64,000 nt of DNA, taken from positions 23,022 to 87,021 of the forward strand of contig BTUM01000025.1 of NCBI GenBank assembly GCA_045863235.1, written 5' to 3'. Below, in pieces: positions 55,811-64,000 of this stretch. The stretch comes from Candidatus Xenobia bacterium (GTDB lineage: Bacteria > Vulcanimicrobiota > Xenobia > Xenobiales > QWHO01). Numbering within the stretch: position 1 is the first letter of the stretch; every line of letters begins with the position of its first letter. The translations under genes were made by a program, and so were the position numbers. The notes under the pieces were generated by a model. It was not told the DNA's origin and made no database searches. It saw nothing but the letters and a program-made list of their open reading frames with translations.

Positions 55811-55824
55811 CTGATCCAGGTCAT
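55811..55824 (+). promoter_or_regulatory. Crp/Fnr-type box CTGAT-CCAG-GTCAT centred -41.5 from ATG 55859
   Basis: Reverse complement of the TGACCTGGATCA core seen at nnrS and nosZ; 22 nt to -10 TATTCT. Confidence 0.72.
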
Positions 55825-55858
55825 CGACTCCAGCCTGGCAACGCGGTATTCTCTGTGT

Positions 55859-56542
55859 ATGATATCGCCCCATCTTCCGCCCATTCAGTCGCGGCCCGGG
55901 GAGACCCCGCTGCAGGTGAGCCCGGTCTATGCCGCCAGTCCACCTACCCCGCTTCGACTGGGAGACGTCTACAAGCAGATGGTCTTGACCGGGCGCGGGG
56001 CTCCGCCTCCCGAGACGGAAGCGGAGGAGCCCCCAGTTGCACCGCGGCACCGCCCCATGCGGAGAACCTGGCGCACCGTGGCCGATATCATGCGGCGCGA
56101 GGTGCTGACGGTTCCCACCACCATGCCGGTGGCCGAGCTGGCCCGCTTTCTGGCCCACCATCGCATCTCGGGCGCTCCGGTGCTGGACTCGGAGAACAAG
56201 CTGGTAGGGGTCATCTCGGTCACCGACGTGAACGCTTACGCGGCTCACTCCTGGGCTCGCATCCCCCCGCCCGAGGAGCGCTCCTCCCCCACCTTCTACG
56301 AAAGCACCGCCCTGACGCTGGCGGTGGAGCGTTTGGACGCTTCGGTCGAGGTGGGCAAGATCATGTCGCCCTACGTCTACTTTGCCACCGAGGACAGCGA
56401 CCTGATGGAGCTGGTCGACTTGATGATCGAGCAGCACATCCACCGCCTGATGGTGCTCGACGAAGAAGAGCAGCTGGTGGGCATCGTGACCAGCCTCGAC
56501 CTGATGAGGGCCATGCGAGACGAGTTGCAGATCGGGCGCTAA
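55859..56542 (+). CDS. CBS-pair protein
   Basis: VADIM, ISGAPVLD...LVGVIS.TD, IHRLMV...LVGIVTSLD. Confidence 0.88.
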   Translation: MISPHLPPIQSRPGETPLQVSPVYAASPPTPLRLGDVYKQMVLTGRGAPPPETEAEEPPVAPRHRPMRRTWRTVADIMRREVLTVPTTMPVAELARFLAHHRISGAPVLDSENKLVGVISVTDVNAYAAHSWARIPPPEERSSPTFYESTALTLAVERLDASVEVGKIMSPYVYFATEDSDLMELVDLMIEQHIHRLMVLDEEEQLVGIVTSLDLMRAMRDELQIGR

Positions 56543-56644
56543 ACTTCGTCGCATTGACCGTGCCACGAAACGTGCGGTGAGAAACTTGTTTCGAACCGCT
56601 CCCAAAGTGTTGTGGCACGGCCGATGCGACGAAGTTCAACCTGG

Positions 56645-57070
56645 TCAAGGCAGTTGAACGTTGCCCGCTTCGTCCAGCGGAAAGCCCGGGTTCCAGGCCA
56701 CTTCCCAGGCGAAGCCGTCCGGGTCGGCAAAGTAGCCGTGGTGGCCGCCCCAGAAAGTATCCTGGGGCGGCTTGAGCACGCGCGCTCCGGCCTTCTCGGC
56801 CAGGGCCACGAGCTCGGCCACCTCTTCTTTGCGGCGCACGTTGTGGGCCAGGGTGAAACGGGGGAAGCCCGAGCCCGACGGATCGAGCCCGGCGTCTTCC
56901 CCCAGCAGAGCGCGCGGATAGAGCCCCAGCGCGATGCCGCCGAGTTGGAAGAAGGCCACGTCCCCGGCCGAGGCCGAGGACGGTTGCCAGCCCAGTCCGT
57001 CGCGGTAGAACGCAAGCGAGCGGGCCAGGTCTTCCACGCCCAGCGTGATCAGCGTGAGGCGCTGCTCCAT
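56645..57070 (-). CDS. VOC (glyoxalase/bleomycin-resistance) family protein
   Basis: LITLGV.DL..S..FY...LGW, LAHNV, FWGG..GYFADPDG..WEVAWNP. Confidence 0.92.
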   Translation of the reverse strand: MEQRLTLITLGVEDLARSLAFYRDGLGWQPSSASAGDVAFFQLGGIALGLYPRALLGEDAGLDPSGSGFPRFTLAHNVRRKEEVAELVALAEKAGARVLKPPQDTFWGGHHGYFADPDGFAWEVAWNPGFPLDEAGNVQLP

Positions 57071-58071
57071 CAGGCCTTGCGGAACAGGGCGATGGGGGAG
57101 GGGGAGGGCGCGTCCTCGACCCAGTCGACCCGGGCGAAGCCGGCCTCCTTCGCCAGTCCTTCCAGCTCCGAGCGGGTGAAGACGCACCCCTCGTCGGTAC
57201 AGGCCAGCATGTTCAGGCCAAAGAACAGTGCTTGCATGTTCTTGTTGCGGTCTTCGTCCGGGATCATCTCGGCCACCACCAGCGTGCCGCCCGGCTTGAG
57301 GGCCTGGTGCAGGCGCTTGAGCAGGGTGCGTGAGTGGTCCCAACCCTCGCTGTGCAGGATGTGGCCCAGAATGGCCACCTCGAAGGCTTCCTGGCCAAGG
57401 TCCACCTCGCGGAAGTTGCCCGTCCGGAACTCGACCCGGTCGAGGGCCCCCATCTTCTCGGCGAAGGGGCGGCCGGCCCGGTCGATCACCTGGGCCCGGT
57501 CGACCTCAACGAGCTGGCAAGCGGGATAGGCGGTGGCGAAGGCCAGGCCCCAGACTCCGCTGCCGGCCCCCACGTCCAGGACGTGATGGACCTGGCCCAC
57601 CTGGCGGGCCACCATCTGGGCCGCCGGCCAGTTCATGGCAAACAGCCCCTGAACCAGCTCGGCGAAGAAGTTGCCGTCGTCTTCGTCCGACTCCACGCCG
57701 GCCGGGGCCTTGCCCGACCGGATGGTCTCGGTCAGTTTGGCCCAGCGCCAGCCGGCCTGGTCCATGTGGGTCGCCACCGCTCCCATGTAGGCCGGCGAGG
57801 TGCGCACCAGGAACATCTCGCTATCGGGGGTGAGTCCGATCTTGCCCTGCTCGAACGTGAGCAGTTCCATGGCGGCCAGGGCTTCCACCAGCATCTTGAC
57901 CCCACGTTCGGCTGCCTGGCAGCGCTGGGCCAGGGTGGTGATGTCGTGGGCTCCCTGGTGCACGTGGGTGAACAGGTCCAGCTCCAGGGCCGTGTGCTGG
58001 GCCCGGCTGGCCGCGAAACCGAAGGTGTACTGCATCACCTTCTGGGGGCTGGGATGGGTGGTCGTCGTCAT
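57070..58071 (-). CDS. O-methyltransferase (Methyltransf_2 with dimerisation domain)
   Basis: ALELDLFT, VLDVGAGSG, GNF, ILH, ALKPGG.L. Confidence 0.88.
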   Translation of the reverse strand: MTTTTHPSPQKVMQYTFGFAASRAQHTALELDLFTHVHQGAHDITTLAQRCQAAERGVKMLVEALAAMELLTFEQGKIGLTPDSEMFLVRTSPAYMGAVATHMDQAGWRWAKLTETIRSGKAPAGVESDEDDGNFFAELVQGLFAMNWPAAQMVARQVGQVHHVLDVGAGSGVWGLAFATAYPACQLVEVDRAQVIDRAGRPFAEKMGALDRVEFRTGNFREVDLGQEAFEVAILGHILHSEGWDHSRTLLKRLHQALKPGGTLVVAEMIPDEDRNKNMQALFFGLNMLACTDEGCVFTRSELEGLAKEAGFARVDWVEDAPSPSPIALFRKA

Positions 58072-60161
58072 GATTGCTCCTCCTCGTTTTCTTCATCTTC
58101 TTCGTCATCAAAGGGTAGCTCGGGCTCTTCCACCGCGGGTGCCTCGGGCGGGGGCGCCTCGGGCTTCTGCCCGATCAGGCCCTCGAACTCGATGCGGCTG
58201 ATGGCGGCGGCCAGCTCGCTCTCGCGCTCCTGGCGTTGCTCGTCGAGACGGCGAAGCCGCTCGGTGAGGCTCTCCACCTCGTTCTCCTGGGATTCCAGCT
58301 TCTCGACGTAGCGCGAGCGCAGCCGGTTCTCGTCGGCGCTCGAGCCGAGCGACTTGAGGTTCTCGCGCAAGCGCCCCTGGTCGTTCTGGATGCGATTGAT
58401 CTCCTGGCTGGTCTGGGACATCTTGTGAGACAGCTTCTGATAGCTCTCGGCCAGATCCACCAGAGGCCGCAGCTGGGCCTCCTGGGCCGAGGTGAGGTAG
58501 TTCTTGGAGAGGTAGAACTCCAGGTTCTCGCGCGAGAGGTTGCGCAGGGCGACCACCTGAGTGATGTCCTGGCGCTCGAGCACCTTGAACTCGGTGCTCT
58601 GCTCGGGTGCCAGGCGGACCAGGAATCGGTAGTAGCTGTGAGTGGTCTCTTCCGGCTCGGGGGTCTGGAAGAGGCTGGCGTCATGGTTGATGGGATGCTC
58701 GAGCCAGCACAGCTTTGCCCGCTTGTCCTTGTTCTTGAAGCTGTAAACGCGGGTGATCAGGCGGGCTGAGATCAGATCCAGGCGTCCGCTGGCCACCTTG
58801 ATCATGGTGGCGTCCTCGTCCTTGTAGCCGTGCTCGGACTCCACCCGCACGCCCAGGTCGACGGCATAGGGCACGATGCGCCGGTCGTTGGGCTTGAGCG
58901 TGTCGAGCATGGCTTCGCCGGCGTAGGTCTCGCCCTCGGTGACCACCAGGGGGCCGCCCTCCAGGGTGAGCCCGGTGGTGTTCTTCAGCTCTACCGCCGC
59001 AAAAGGGTTCTCGGCCCGCTGAGCCGAGTTGTAGAGCACCACCCGGCGCCCATCGAACTCGTGGGCCACGATGGGAACCAGGGCTGACTGGTTGCGGTTC
59101 ACGGTCACCGGGTGCTTGAGGCTGTACTCGAAGAGATCCCCCACGCTCTGGGTGACGGTCTCGGCTGTTCGCTGGCGGGCTGCCTCGCGGCGGGCCTTCT
59201 CCTTGGCCAGGGGAGCGGGGGCCCGCATCATCATCCTGGTGGCTTCGGGAGCAGGGTAGTCCAGATCTGGCATGGGCATGGCCGCTGCAAACATCGCCGA
59301 GCTTCCGCCAAATGCCTCGTCCTCGAACATGGCCTCCTCGGTCATGACCGGGCCGGCCACCGACTCGCGCTGCACCTCGATCTCCTTGCGCTTGATGAAG
59401 CGCGGCGAGTAGAGGTCGTGGATGAAGCTGATGGGCAGTCCGGCCACCAGCGAAAGCCGCACGTCGCTCCAGTCCTCGTCCTGGGTGTTGTCCACCAGGG
59501 CGTAGCCCTCCAGGAAGGGCTTCTCCTTCTCATCTTCCGAGAGCAGCACCCGGTAGCTGGTCTTCCACACCGGGGTCTCGACCACGTAGCGCAGGTTGAC
59601 CCGCCGCTTGCCGCTCCCCCGCGCATAGACCACCAGGTTCTTGGCGTCGCGCTTGTAGCTGTGGATCAGCGTCTCGAAGAAGTAAGCCAGGTCCTTCTTG
59701 ATGGACTCGTCTTTGAAGGTCAGGGCACTGATCTCGGCGAGATCGAAGTTGAGCAAGGTGCCCCCCTCGTCGAGCAAGGTCAGCCGCTGGCTCTGCACCA
59801 CCCCGGCCTCGGTTTCTTTCTTGATCGGCTCGAGCCCCACCACGCGCCCGGCGTGCTTCTTGGACCCCACGGTGAGGCCGACGTCAGCCCCCCGGATGGT
59901 GGCCAGCAAAGCCCCGGCTCCCCCTTCCGAGGGAATGTTCAGGGCCACCTCGGCGAGCAACTGCTCGACGGGCTTGGAAGTATCGTAGGAGACCGACTGG
60001 ATGGTGCCCCCGTCGGCATCCTCCAGGCTGAGCGACTTGAGCACGTCGTTCATCTCGGAGGCCTTGAAGCTGAGCCGAATCTCGGCGTTCCCCTCGACCT
60101 CCTCGATCCGCTCGAAGTAGCCCACCCCGTGTTTATAGAGCACGACCCGAGAGATTCCCAT
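58068..60161 (-). CDS. DUF4139-domain protein
   Basis: RVVLYKHGVGYFE, NDVLKSL, PVWKTSYR, VDNT..EDW..V.LSLV.G.P; C-terminal coiled coil; SD CAGGAGG before ATG 60161. Confidence 0.8.
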   Translation of the reverse strand: MGISRVVLYKHGVGYFERIEEVEGNAEIRLSFKASEMNDVLKSLSLEDADGGTIQSVSYDTSKPVEQLLAEVALNIPSEGGAGALLATIRGADVGLTVGSKKHAGRVVGLEPIKKETEAGVVQSQRLTLLDEGGTLLNFDLAEISALTFKDESIKKDLAYFFETLIHSYKRDAKNLVVYARGSGKRRVNLRYVVETPVWKTSYRVLLSEDEKEKPFLEGYALVDNTQDEDWSDVRLSLVAGLPISFIHDLYSPRFIKRKEIEVQRESVAGPVMTEEAMFEDEAFGGSSAMFAAAMPMPDLDYPAPEATRMMMRAPAPLAKEKARREAARQRTAETVTQSVGDLFEYSLKHPVTVNRNQSALVPIVAHEFDGRRVVLYNSAQRAENPFAAVELKNTTGLTLEGGPLVVTEGETYAGEAMLDTLKPNDRRIVPYAVDLGVRVESEHGYKDEDATMIKVASGRLDLISARLITRVYSFKNKDKRAKLCWLEHPINHDASLFQTPEPEETTHSYYRFLVRLAPEQSTEFKVLERQDITQVVALRNLSRENLEFYLSKNYLTSAQEAQLRPLVDLAESYQKLSHKMSQTSQEINRIQNDQGRLRENLKSLGSSADENRLRSRYVEKLESQENEVESLTERLRRLDEQRQERESELAAAISRIEFEGLIGQKPEAPPPEAPAVEEPELPFDDEEDEENEEEQS

Positions 60162-60360
60162 TGCTTCCTCCTGAATTCCGTGACCCGCCTTGAACTGTTT
60201 GGGAGCTGGCGTTTGGAAAGCGGGAGGCGGTCTCCTCCGCGCCTTGCGGCTCATCCGGGCAGGCTTTTGTGGCACGTCCTCCGGGCCTCCCGGGTCGGTG
60301 CCTTGCTGGCTGTTCGCAGACCGGCAGGTTTTTCCCCCCGGGCGGTTAATCGGCGCCAGT

Positions 60361-61089
60361 ATGCTGGCCGTGGAACCGCCCGACTCCGAGCTGGAGAAGC
60401 TGCGACCCCGCATCCCTCGGGACGTGCTGCTGGTGCTGCTGCCGGCAGCCTTGAGCCTGACCTTCATGCAATACTATGGGTTGGCCAGGCATTTTTCGCT
60501 CTATTTCCCCGATGCCGGAGCCAACGAGGGCCAGCGCGAGCTGTTCCAGCTTCTGTGGTGGGCGGGAGCCACCTGGACGGGCTACTTCATCGTGCCTGCC
60601 CTGCTCATCTGGATGCAGGGCAAGAAGCTCTCCGACTTCGGCCTGCGGCGCCCCGCCGGAGGAACCCACCTGTGGCTCTACGCGGCCCTCTTTCTGGGGG
60701 CGGTGCCCTTCTTGATCGCAGCTTCTGCTCGCGACAACTTCCTGGAGATGTATCCCTTCTACCGCCACGCCCTGGAGTACCCCGCCTACTGGGCCATCTT
60801 CGAGGTGTTCTACCTGCTCACGTTCGTGACCGTCGAGTTCTTCTTCCGAGGCTTTCTCGTCTTCGGGCTCGAGCGCCGTTTCGGCGACTCGGCCGTGCTG
60901 GTGGCAGCGCTCCCTTACTGCATGATTCACTTCGGCAAGCCCATGCCCGAGACGCTGGCGGCCATCGTAGGGGCGGTGGTGCTGGGTACCCTGGCCCTGC
61001 GCACCCGCTCCATTTACGGAGGCGTGGTGGTGCACCAGCTGGTGGCCATCACGATGGACGTGCTGGCGCTGTGGCGCTCCGGTACATGA
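60361..61089 (+). CDS. CPBP (Abi/CAAX) intramembrane glutamic protease
   Basis: EFFFRG, HFGKP..E, H in the last TM helix. Confidence 0.85.
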   Translation: MLAVEPPDSELEKLRPRIPRDVLLVLLPAALSLTFMQYYGLARHFSLYFPDAGANEGQRELFQLLWWAGATWTGYFIVPALLIWMQGKKLSDFGLRRPAGGTHLWLYAALFLGAVPFLIAASARDNFLEMYPFYRHALEYPAYWAIFEVFYLLTFVTVEFFFRGFLVFGLERRFGDSAVLVAALPYCMIHFGKPMPETLAAIVGAVVLGTLALRTRSIYGGVVVHQLVAITMDVLALWRSGT

Positions 61090-61636
61090 CGTCGGTGCGC
61101 AGCACGTATTTGGTGCCTGCGACGACCGAAGAGCCTTCGTGCAGGATGGCGTGCTTGAACACCAGGGCCATCCCGGCGCGCGGCTGCACGCGCAGAAGCT
61201 CTCGCTCGCGGTCGCTGTAAAAGATCGTCTCACCACCCTGGAATTCGTCGTTGAGGTAGACCATGAAGGTGAGCTTGCTCTGCTCGTGGGCATCGCGGCG
61301 GAATTTTCCGTCGTAGTGGGGCGCGAAGCGCTGTCCGGGCTGATAGCGATAGTAGCGAAAGCGCTCATTCAGGCCGATCGCCGTCCACTCCTCGAACTGT
61401 GGCGGGGTGCAAGGGCTTGCCCTTCGCCACAGCTGGCTCGCCAGCTCGGGATCGTCACGGATCACGCGGTCGTTGTTGCGGATCTCGGGGGCCTGCACAT
61501 ACTTGTCGGGCCCCACGGTCAGACCGGCTGGGATGTAGCCATCGCCCTCGGTCAGGGCGATCTGGCGCTGGCACTCCTCGGGGCTGAGAAAGTCGCGCAG
61601 GACGAAAACGTTCTCCAGGAGCCATTCGCAGGTCAT
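61049..61636 (-). CDS. 2OG-Fe(II) oxygenase, prolyl-4-hydroxylase-like
   Basis: FLS..EC, RFRYYRY.PGQ.F.PHYDG, YLN....GGET, HEG..V..G.KY.LRTD. Confidence 0.9.
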   Translation of the reverse strand: MTCEWLLENVFVLRDFLSPEECQRQIALTEGDGYIPAGLTVGPDKYVQAPEIRNNDRVIRDDPELASQLWRRASPCTPPQFEEWTAIGLNERFRYYRYQPGQRFAPHYDGKFRRDAHEQSKLTFMVYLNDEFQGGETIFYSDRERELLRVQPRAGMALVFKHAILHEGSSVVAGTKYVLRTDVMYRSATAPARPS

Positions 61637-61670
61637 GCGGACGCCTTCGGGATGCGCTCGCGAGTGCCTC

Positions 61671-63029
61671 TCAGAAGAGAAGCTGGTAGCGCAGCCGCCA
61701 GCCCTGGGTGCTGAAGGAGGGTCCCTGGGTCTGTCGGTGGATCTCGTAGTTGAGCATGATTCGATCGTAGCTCTTGCGGTCGAGGTAGAAGTTCAGGCCC
61801 AGTACCCAGCGCTCTCGACTGTTCAGGGCGTTGTCCACCGCGTTCAGGTTCACCTGGCCGTTGGCCGGATCCAGCCAGTCATAGCTCAGCACCCCGTCGA
61901 ACTGCTCGCTCAGTTGCAGCACGCCCGTCGCGTAGCCGCCTGAAGCGGAGGTATCATCTCCGGAGTAGCGGTTGTAACCCTGGCTGAAGAGCAGCTCCGA
62001 TTCGAGGATGAAAGGCGGATTTCGGTAGCGAGCGCCCAGGCCCTGACGCCGCACCGGCAGGACCTGGGGGTTGGTGGGGGAGTCCGGGGCGGTGTTGTAG
62101 AGGCCGTAATGAAGCGAGCCGAACAGGCCGAGGCGCTCGGTCAGGTGGTATTCCACTCGCCCCAGCACGTTGACGGCCGCAAAATCGCTGAACTGGTTGG
62201 CGCCTTCCCCGAGCACGAAAGCCACGTCGCCGGTCAGGTCGCCGCCGGTGTCCGAGCTCAGCATGAACCCGATGTCGCGTCGATGGTACAGGCAGTTGGT
62301 GGCATCGGAAAGCTCGATGGTGTTGGTGTTCCAGATCGCTCGCAAGCCTTCGTATCCGAAGGGGGTCTTGAACTGCCCCACCGTGAGCAGATTGGAGTGG
62401 CCGAAAGTCTGGTAGTAGTAGGCGTCTTCCGCCTGGATTCCGTTCAGATCCTCGAAGGGCAGCTGGGCTCGGAAGCCGTTCTTTTCCGAGAGGGGGAGGG
62501 TAATGTTCAGGCGGGCTCGGCGCAGGACCAGCTCGGTCTCGGCCGGGAAGGGGGCCAACCGGTTGGTGGCCGGCCGGAGGCTGGTGCTCTGGCTGGAGCC
62601 CAGCCTTCCGTCCTGGTAGTCGACCTGGGCAAAGCCACCGAAGGTCAGACGCTTGAGCAGCCGAGCCCCGATGGGAACGAACGTCCTGGCGTCGTCGGCG
62701 TCCAGGTTGGGGGGCTGGTCGGGTTGATCGACGGCGTCGTCTTGAATCAGGATCTCGGGGGCCTGGCCCGGGGTCTCGGGAATCGGATCCTGGCCCGGGG
62801 TCTCGATCCCGGGGACCTGACCCGGGTTCTGGCCAGGGGTCTCGATCCCGGGGACCTGACCCGGGTTCTGGCCAGGGGTCTCGACCACGGGGCCCTGGCC
62901 CGGGGCTTCGAGCACAGGCGTTTCGGGCGCCAGCGCCTGGCCCCGGGCGGGCCCGATCAGCAGGGCCAGGAGCAGGGAGACGACCAGGGTCTTCCACCAG
63001 AGCAGCACCGGGCGGCCTTTTCGCGCCAT
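61671..63029 (-). CDS. Outer-membrane porin (OprO/OprP-like) with an N-terminal Pro/Gly/Gln repeat
   Basis: Signal peptide; LRRARL, DAY, VGQFKTPFG.E, RDIG; amphipathic strands; terminal Phe. Confidence 0.8.
   Translation of the reverse strand: MARKGRPVLLWWKTLVVSLLLALLIGPARGQALAPETPVLEAPGQGPVVETPGQNPGQVPGIETPGQNPGQVPGIETPGQDPIPETPGQAPEILIQDDAVDQPDQPPNLDADDARTFVPIGARLLKRLTFGGFAQVDYQDGRLGSSQSTSLRPATNRLAPFPAETELVLRRARLNITLPLSEKNGFRAQLPFEDLNGIQAEDAYYYQTFGHSNLLTVGQFKTPFGYEGLRAIWNTNTIELSDATNCLYHRRDIGFMLSSDTGGDLTGDVAFVLGEGANQFSDFAAVNVLGRVEYHLTERLGLFGSLHYGLYNTAPDSPTNPQVLPVRRQGLGARYRNPPFILESELLFSQGYNRYSGDDTSASGGYATGVLQLSEQFDGVLSYDWLDPANGQVNLNAVDNALNSRERWVLGLNFYLDRKSYDRIMLNYEIHRQTQGPSFSTQGWRLRYQLLF
62797..62884. 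repeat. Coding tandem repeat, 39-bp unit, about 2.3 copies (ETPGQNPGQVPGI)
   Basis: GGGGTCTCGATCCCGGGGACCTGACCCGGGTTCTGGCCA twice exactly, with degenerate flanking copies. Confidence 0.9.
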
Positions 63030-63062
63030 CGCTGCCCTTCCTCCTGGTCGGGGTTGCGGTAA

Positions 63063-63743
63063 TTACCCGGTACCGGGCTGATTCCAGGGTATACGTCGGG
63101 ATGGGGGCGGTAGAGGCGGGTCGGATCGGTCCGAGCAGTTCTCGCCAGCCCAGAGGCCGACCCGCCGAAAGCCTGACTCGAATCCCAGGTCGGGCAGGGG
63201 GGCCGAGTCGTGCCACCCCAGCAGGGAAAAGCCCTCCCCGGGCTCGCCCCGGCAGTCGGCCACCAGGCAGGGGCCCTGCAGCCAGCGGCGGTTGGCCGGC
63301 TCGTAAAGCAGGTCAGCCGCCAGGACCAGGTCACAGGGCTCAGGCTCCTGGCAGACGACGAGCTCGAGACCATTGCGGGCAGCATTGTGCCGACAGGCCT
63401 GACGGGCGGCCGGGTCGATATCGCAGGCCAGCACCCTGGCCGCCCCCGCGCGGGCCGCGGCCAGGGCCACGATTCCCGAGCCAGCGCCCAGATCGCAGAC
63501 GGTCTTGCCGCGCACCAGCTCGGGATGGGCCAGCAAATGGGCCCCCAGCACCCGGCCGGCCGGCCAGCAGAACGCCCAGAAGAGCGGCTCGCGCAGGTAG
63601 GTATCGCGCTCCTGGGGGGTCAGCGGACGTTGAGGCGGATCGGCCAGGTTGAGCACCAGTCCGGGCAACACGACTCGTTCGCGCAGGGGTAGCACCGGGA
63701 AAGGTTTGGAGACCGACCCGGTCCGGTCCTTCGCTGGTCGCAC
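63063..63743 (-). CDS. Class I SAM-dependent protein-lysine methyltransferase-like (Methyltransf_16/PrmA-like)
   Basis: [33 protein letters not shown]; start uncertain. Confidence 0.8.
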   Translation of the reverse strand: MRPAKDRTGSVSKPFPVLPLRERVVLPGLVLNLADPPQRPLTPQERDTYLREPLFWAFCWPAGRVLGAHLLAHPELVRGKTVCDLGAGSGIVALAAARAGAARVLACDIDPAARQACRHNAARNGLELVVCQEPEPCDLVLAADLLYEPANRRWLQGPCLVADCRGEPGEGFSLLGWHDSAPLPDLGFESGFRRVGLWAGENCSDRSDPPLPPPSRRIPWNQPGTG

Positions 63744-63842
63744 GTGCTCTGTCCGATCCTGGGCGCTCCACGTGCGCGCTCCTGACCGTGCACGCGCTCG
63801 TTGCCTGGAACAAGCCCTGGAGTGGATCCAGTTTGTCCGAGT

Positions 63843-64000
63843 GGATCACGACGAAAGCCCGTTCTCCCGATCCATCCGAAGACGGATCATGATCCGCTTC
63901 CGAGCAGGATCACGACGAAAGCCTGTTCCCTGATCCATCCGAAGGCGGATCATGATCCGCTTCCGAGCAGGATCACGACGAAAGCCTGTTCCCTGATCCA
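63843..64000. repeat. 63-bp tandem repeat (at least 2.5 copies, runs off the window) with an internal 16-bp palindrome
   Basis: Units start at 63843, 63907, 63970; the second unit contains the perfect palindrome GCGGATCATGATCCGC; each full unit has four GATC sites. Confidence 0.9.

Noticed and set aside
63843..64000. CRISPR array
   Set aside because: The whole 63-bp unit repeats; there are no unique spacers and no cas genes in the window.

Overview
A 64 kb window of a high-GC diderm bacterial chromosome (TolC, a porin and many lipoproteins are present). The style of its orphan proteins suggests Vulcanimicrobiota/Eremiobacterota or a related lineage, but that is inference only. About 55 CDSs are present; no rRNA, tRNA, CRISPR array or transposase was seen. 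Recognisable modules: (1) a clade II, Sec/lipoprotein-type N2O reductase cluster (nnrS-like, nosZ, nosB, an in-frame nosD-nosF fusion, nosY, nosL, cytochrome c); (2) a TolC-MFP-RND efflux operon; (3) a transcarboxylase operon (5S, 12S, small subunit, 1.3S); (4) two toxin-antitoxin pairs (MenT1-like nucleotidyltransferase and VapBC); (5) assorted peptidases, CBS proteins and methyltransferases. The best candidate for an undescribed system is at 26.7-32.6 kb: three different radical SAM enzymes (anSME/GrrM-like SPASM, Twitch-type, and a PlpX/splicease-like SPASM) plus a methyltransferase surround a 552-aa low-complexity orphan protein, behind a leader with alternative hairpins. Intergenic DNA shows eight Crp/Fnr-type boxes (TGAY-N4-RTCA), each 22-23 nt upstream of a -10 hexamer; they link this cluster to nosZ, nnrS, the di-heme peroxidase, transcarboxylase and a CBS protein in a putative anoxia regulon. 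A second promoter motif (TTTCAG[C/G]-N9-(-10)) precedes four signal-peptide-less ORFs, and a GATC-rich palindromic 63-bp tandem repeat runs off the right edge. All functional calls come from motif recognition by eye; no searches were run.
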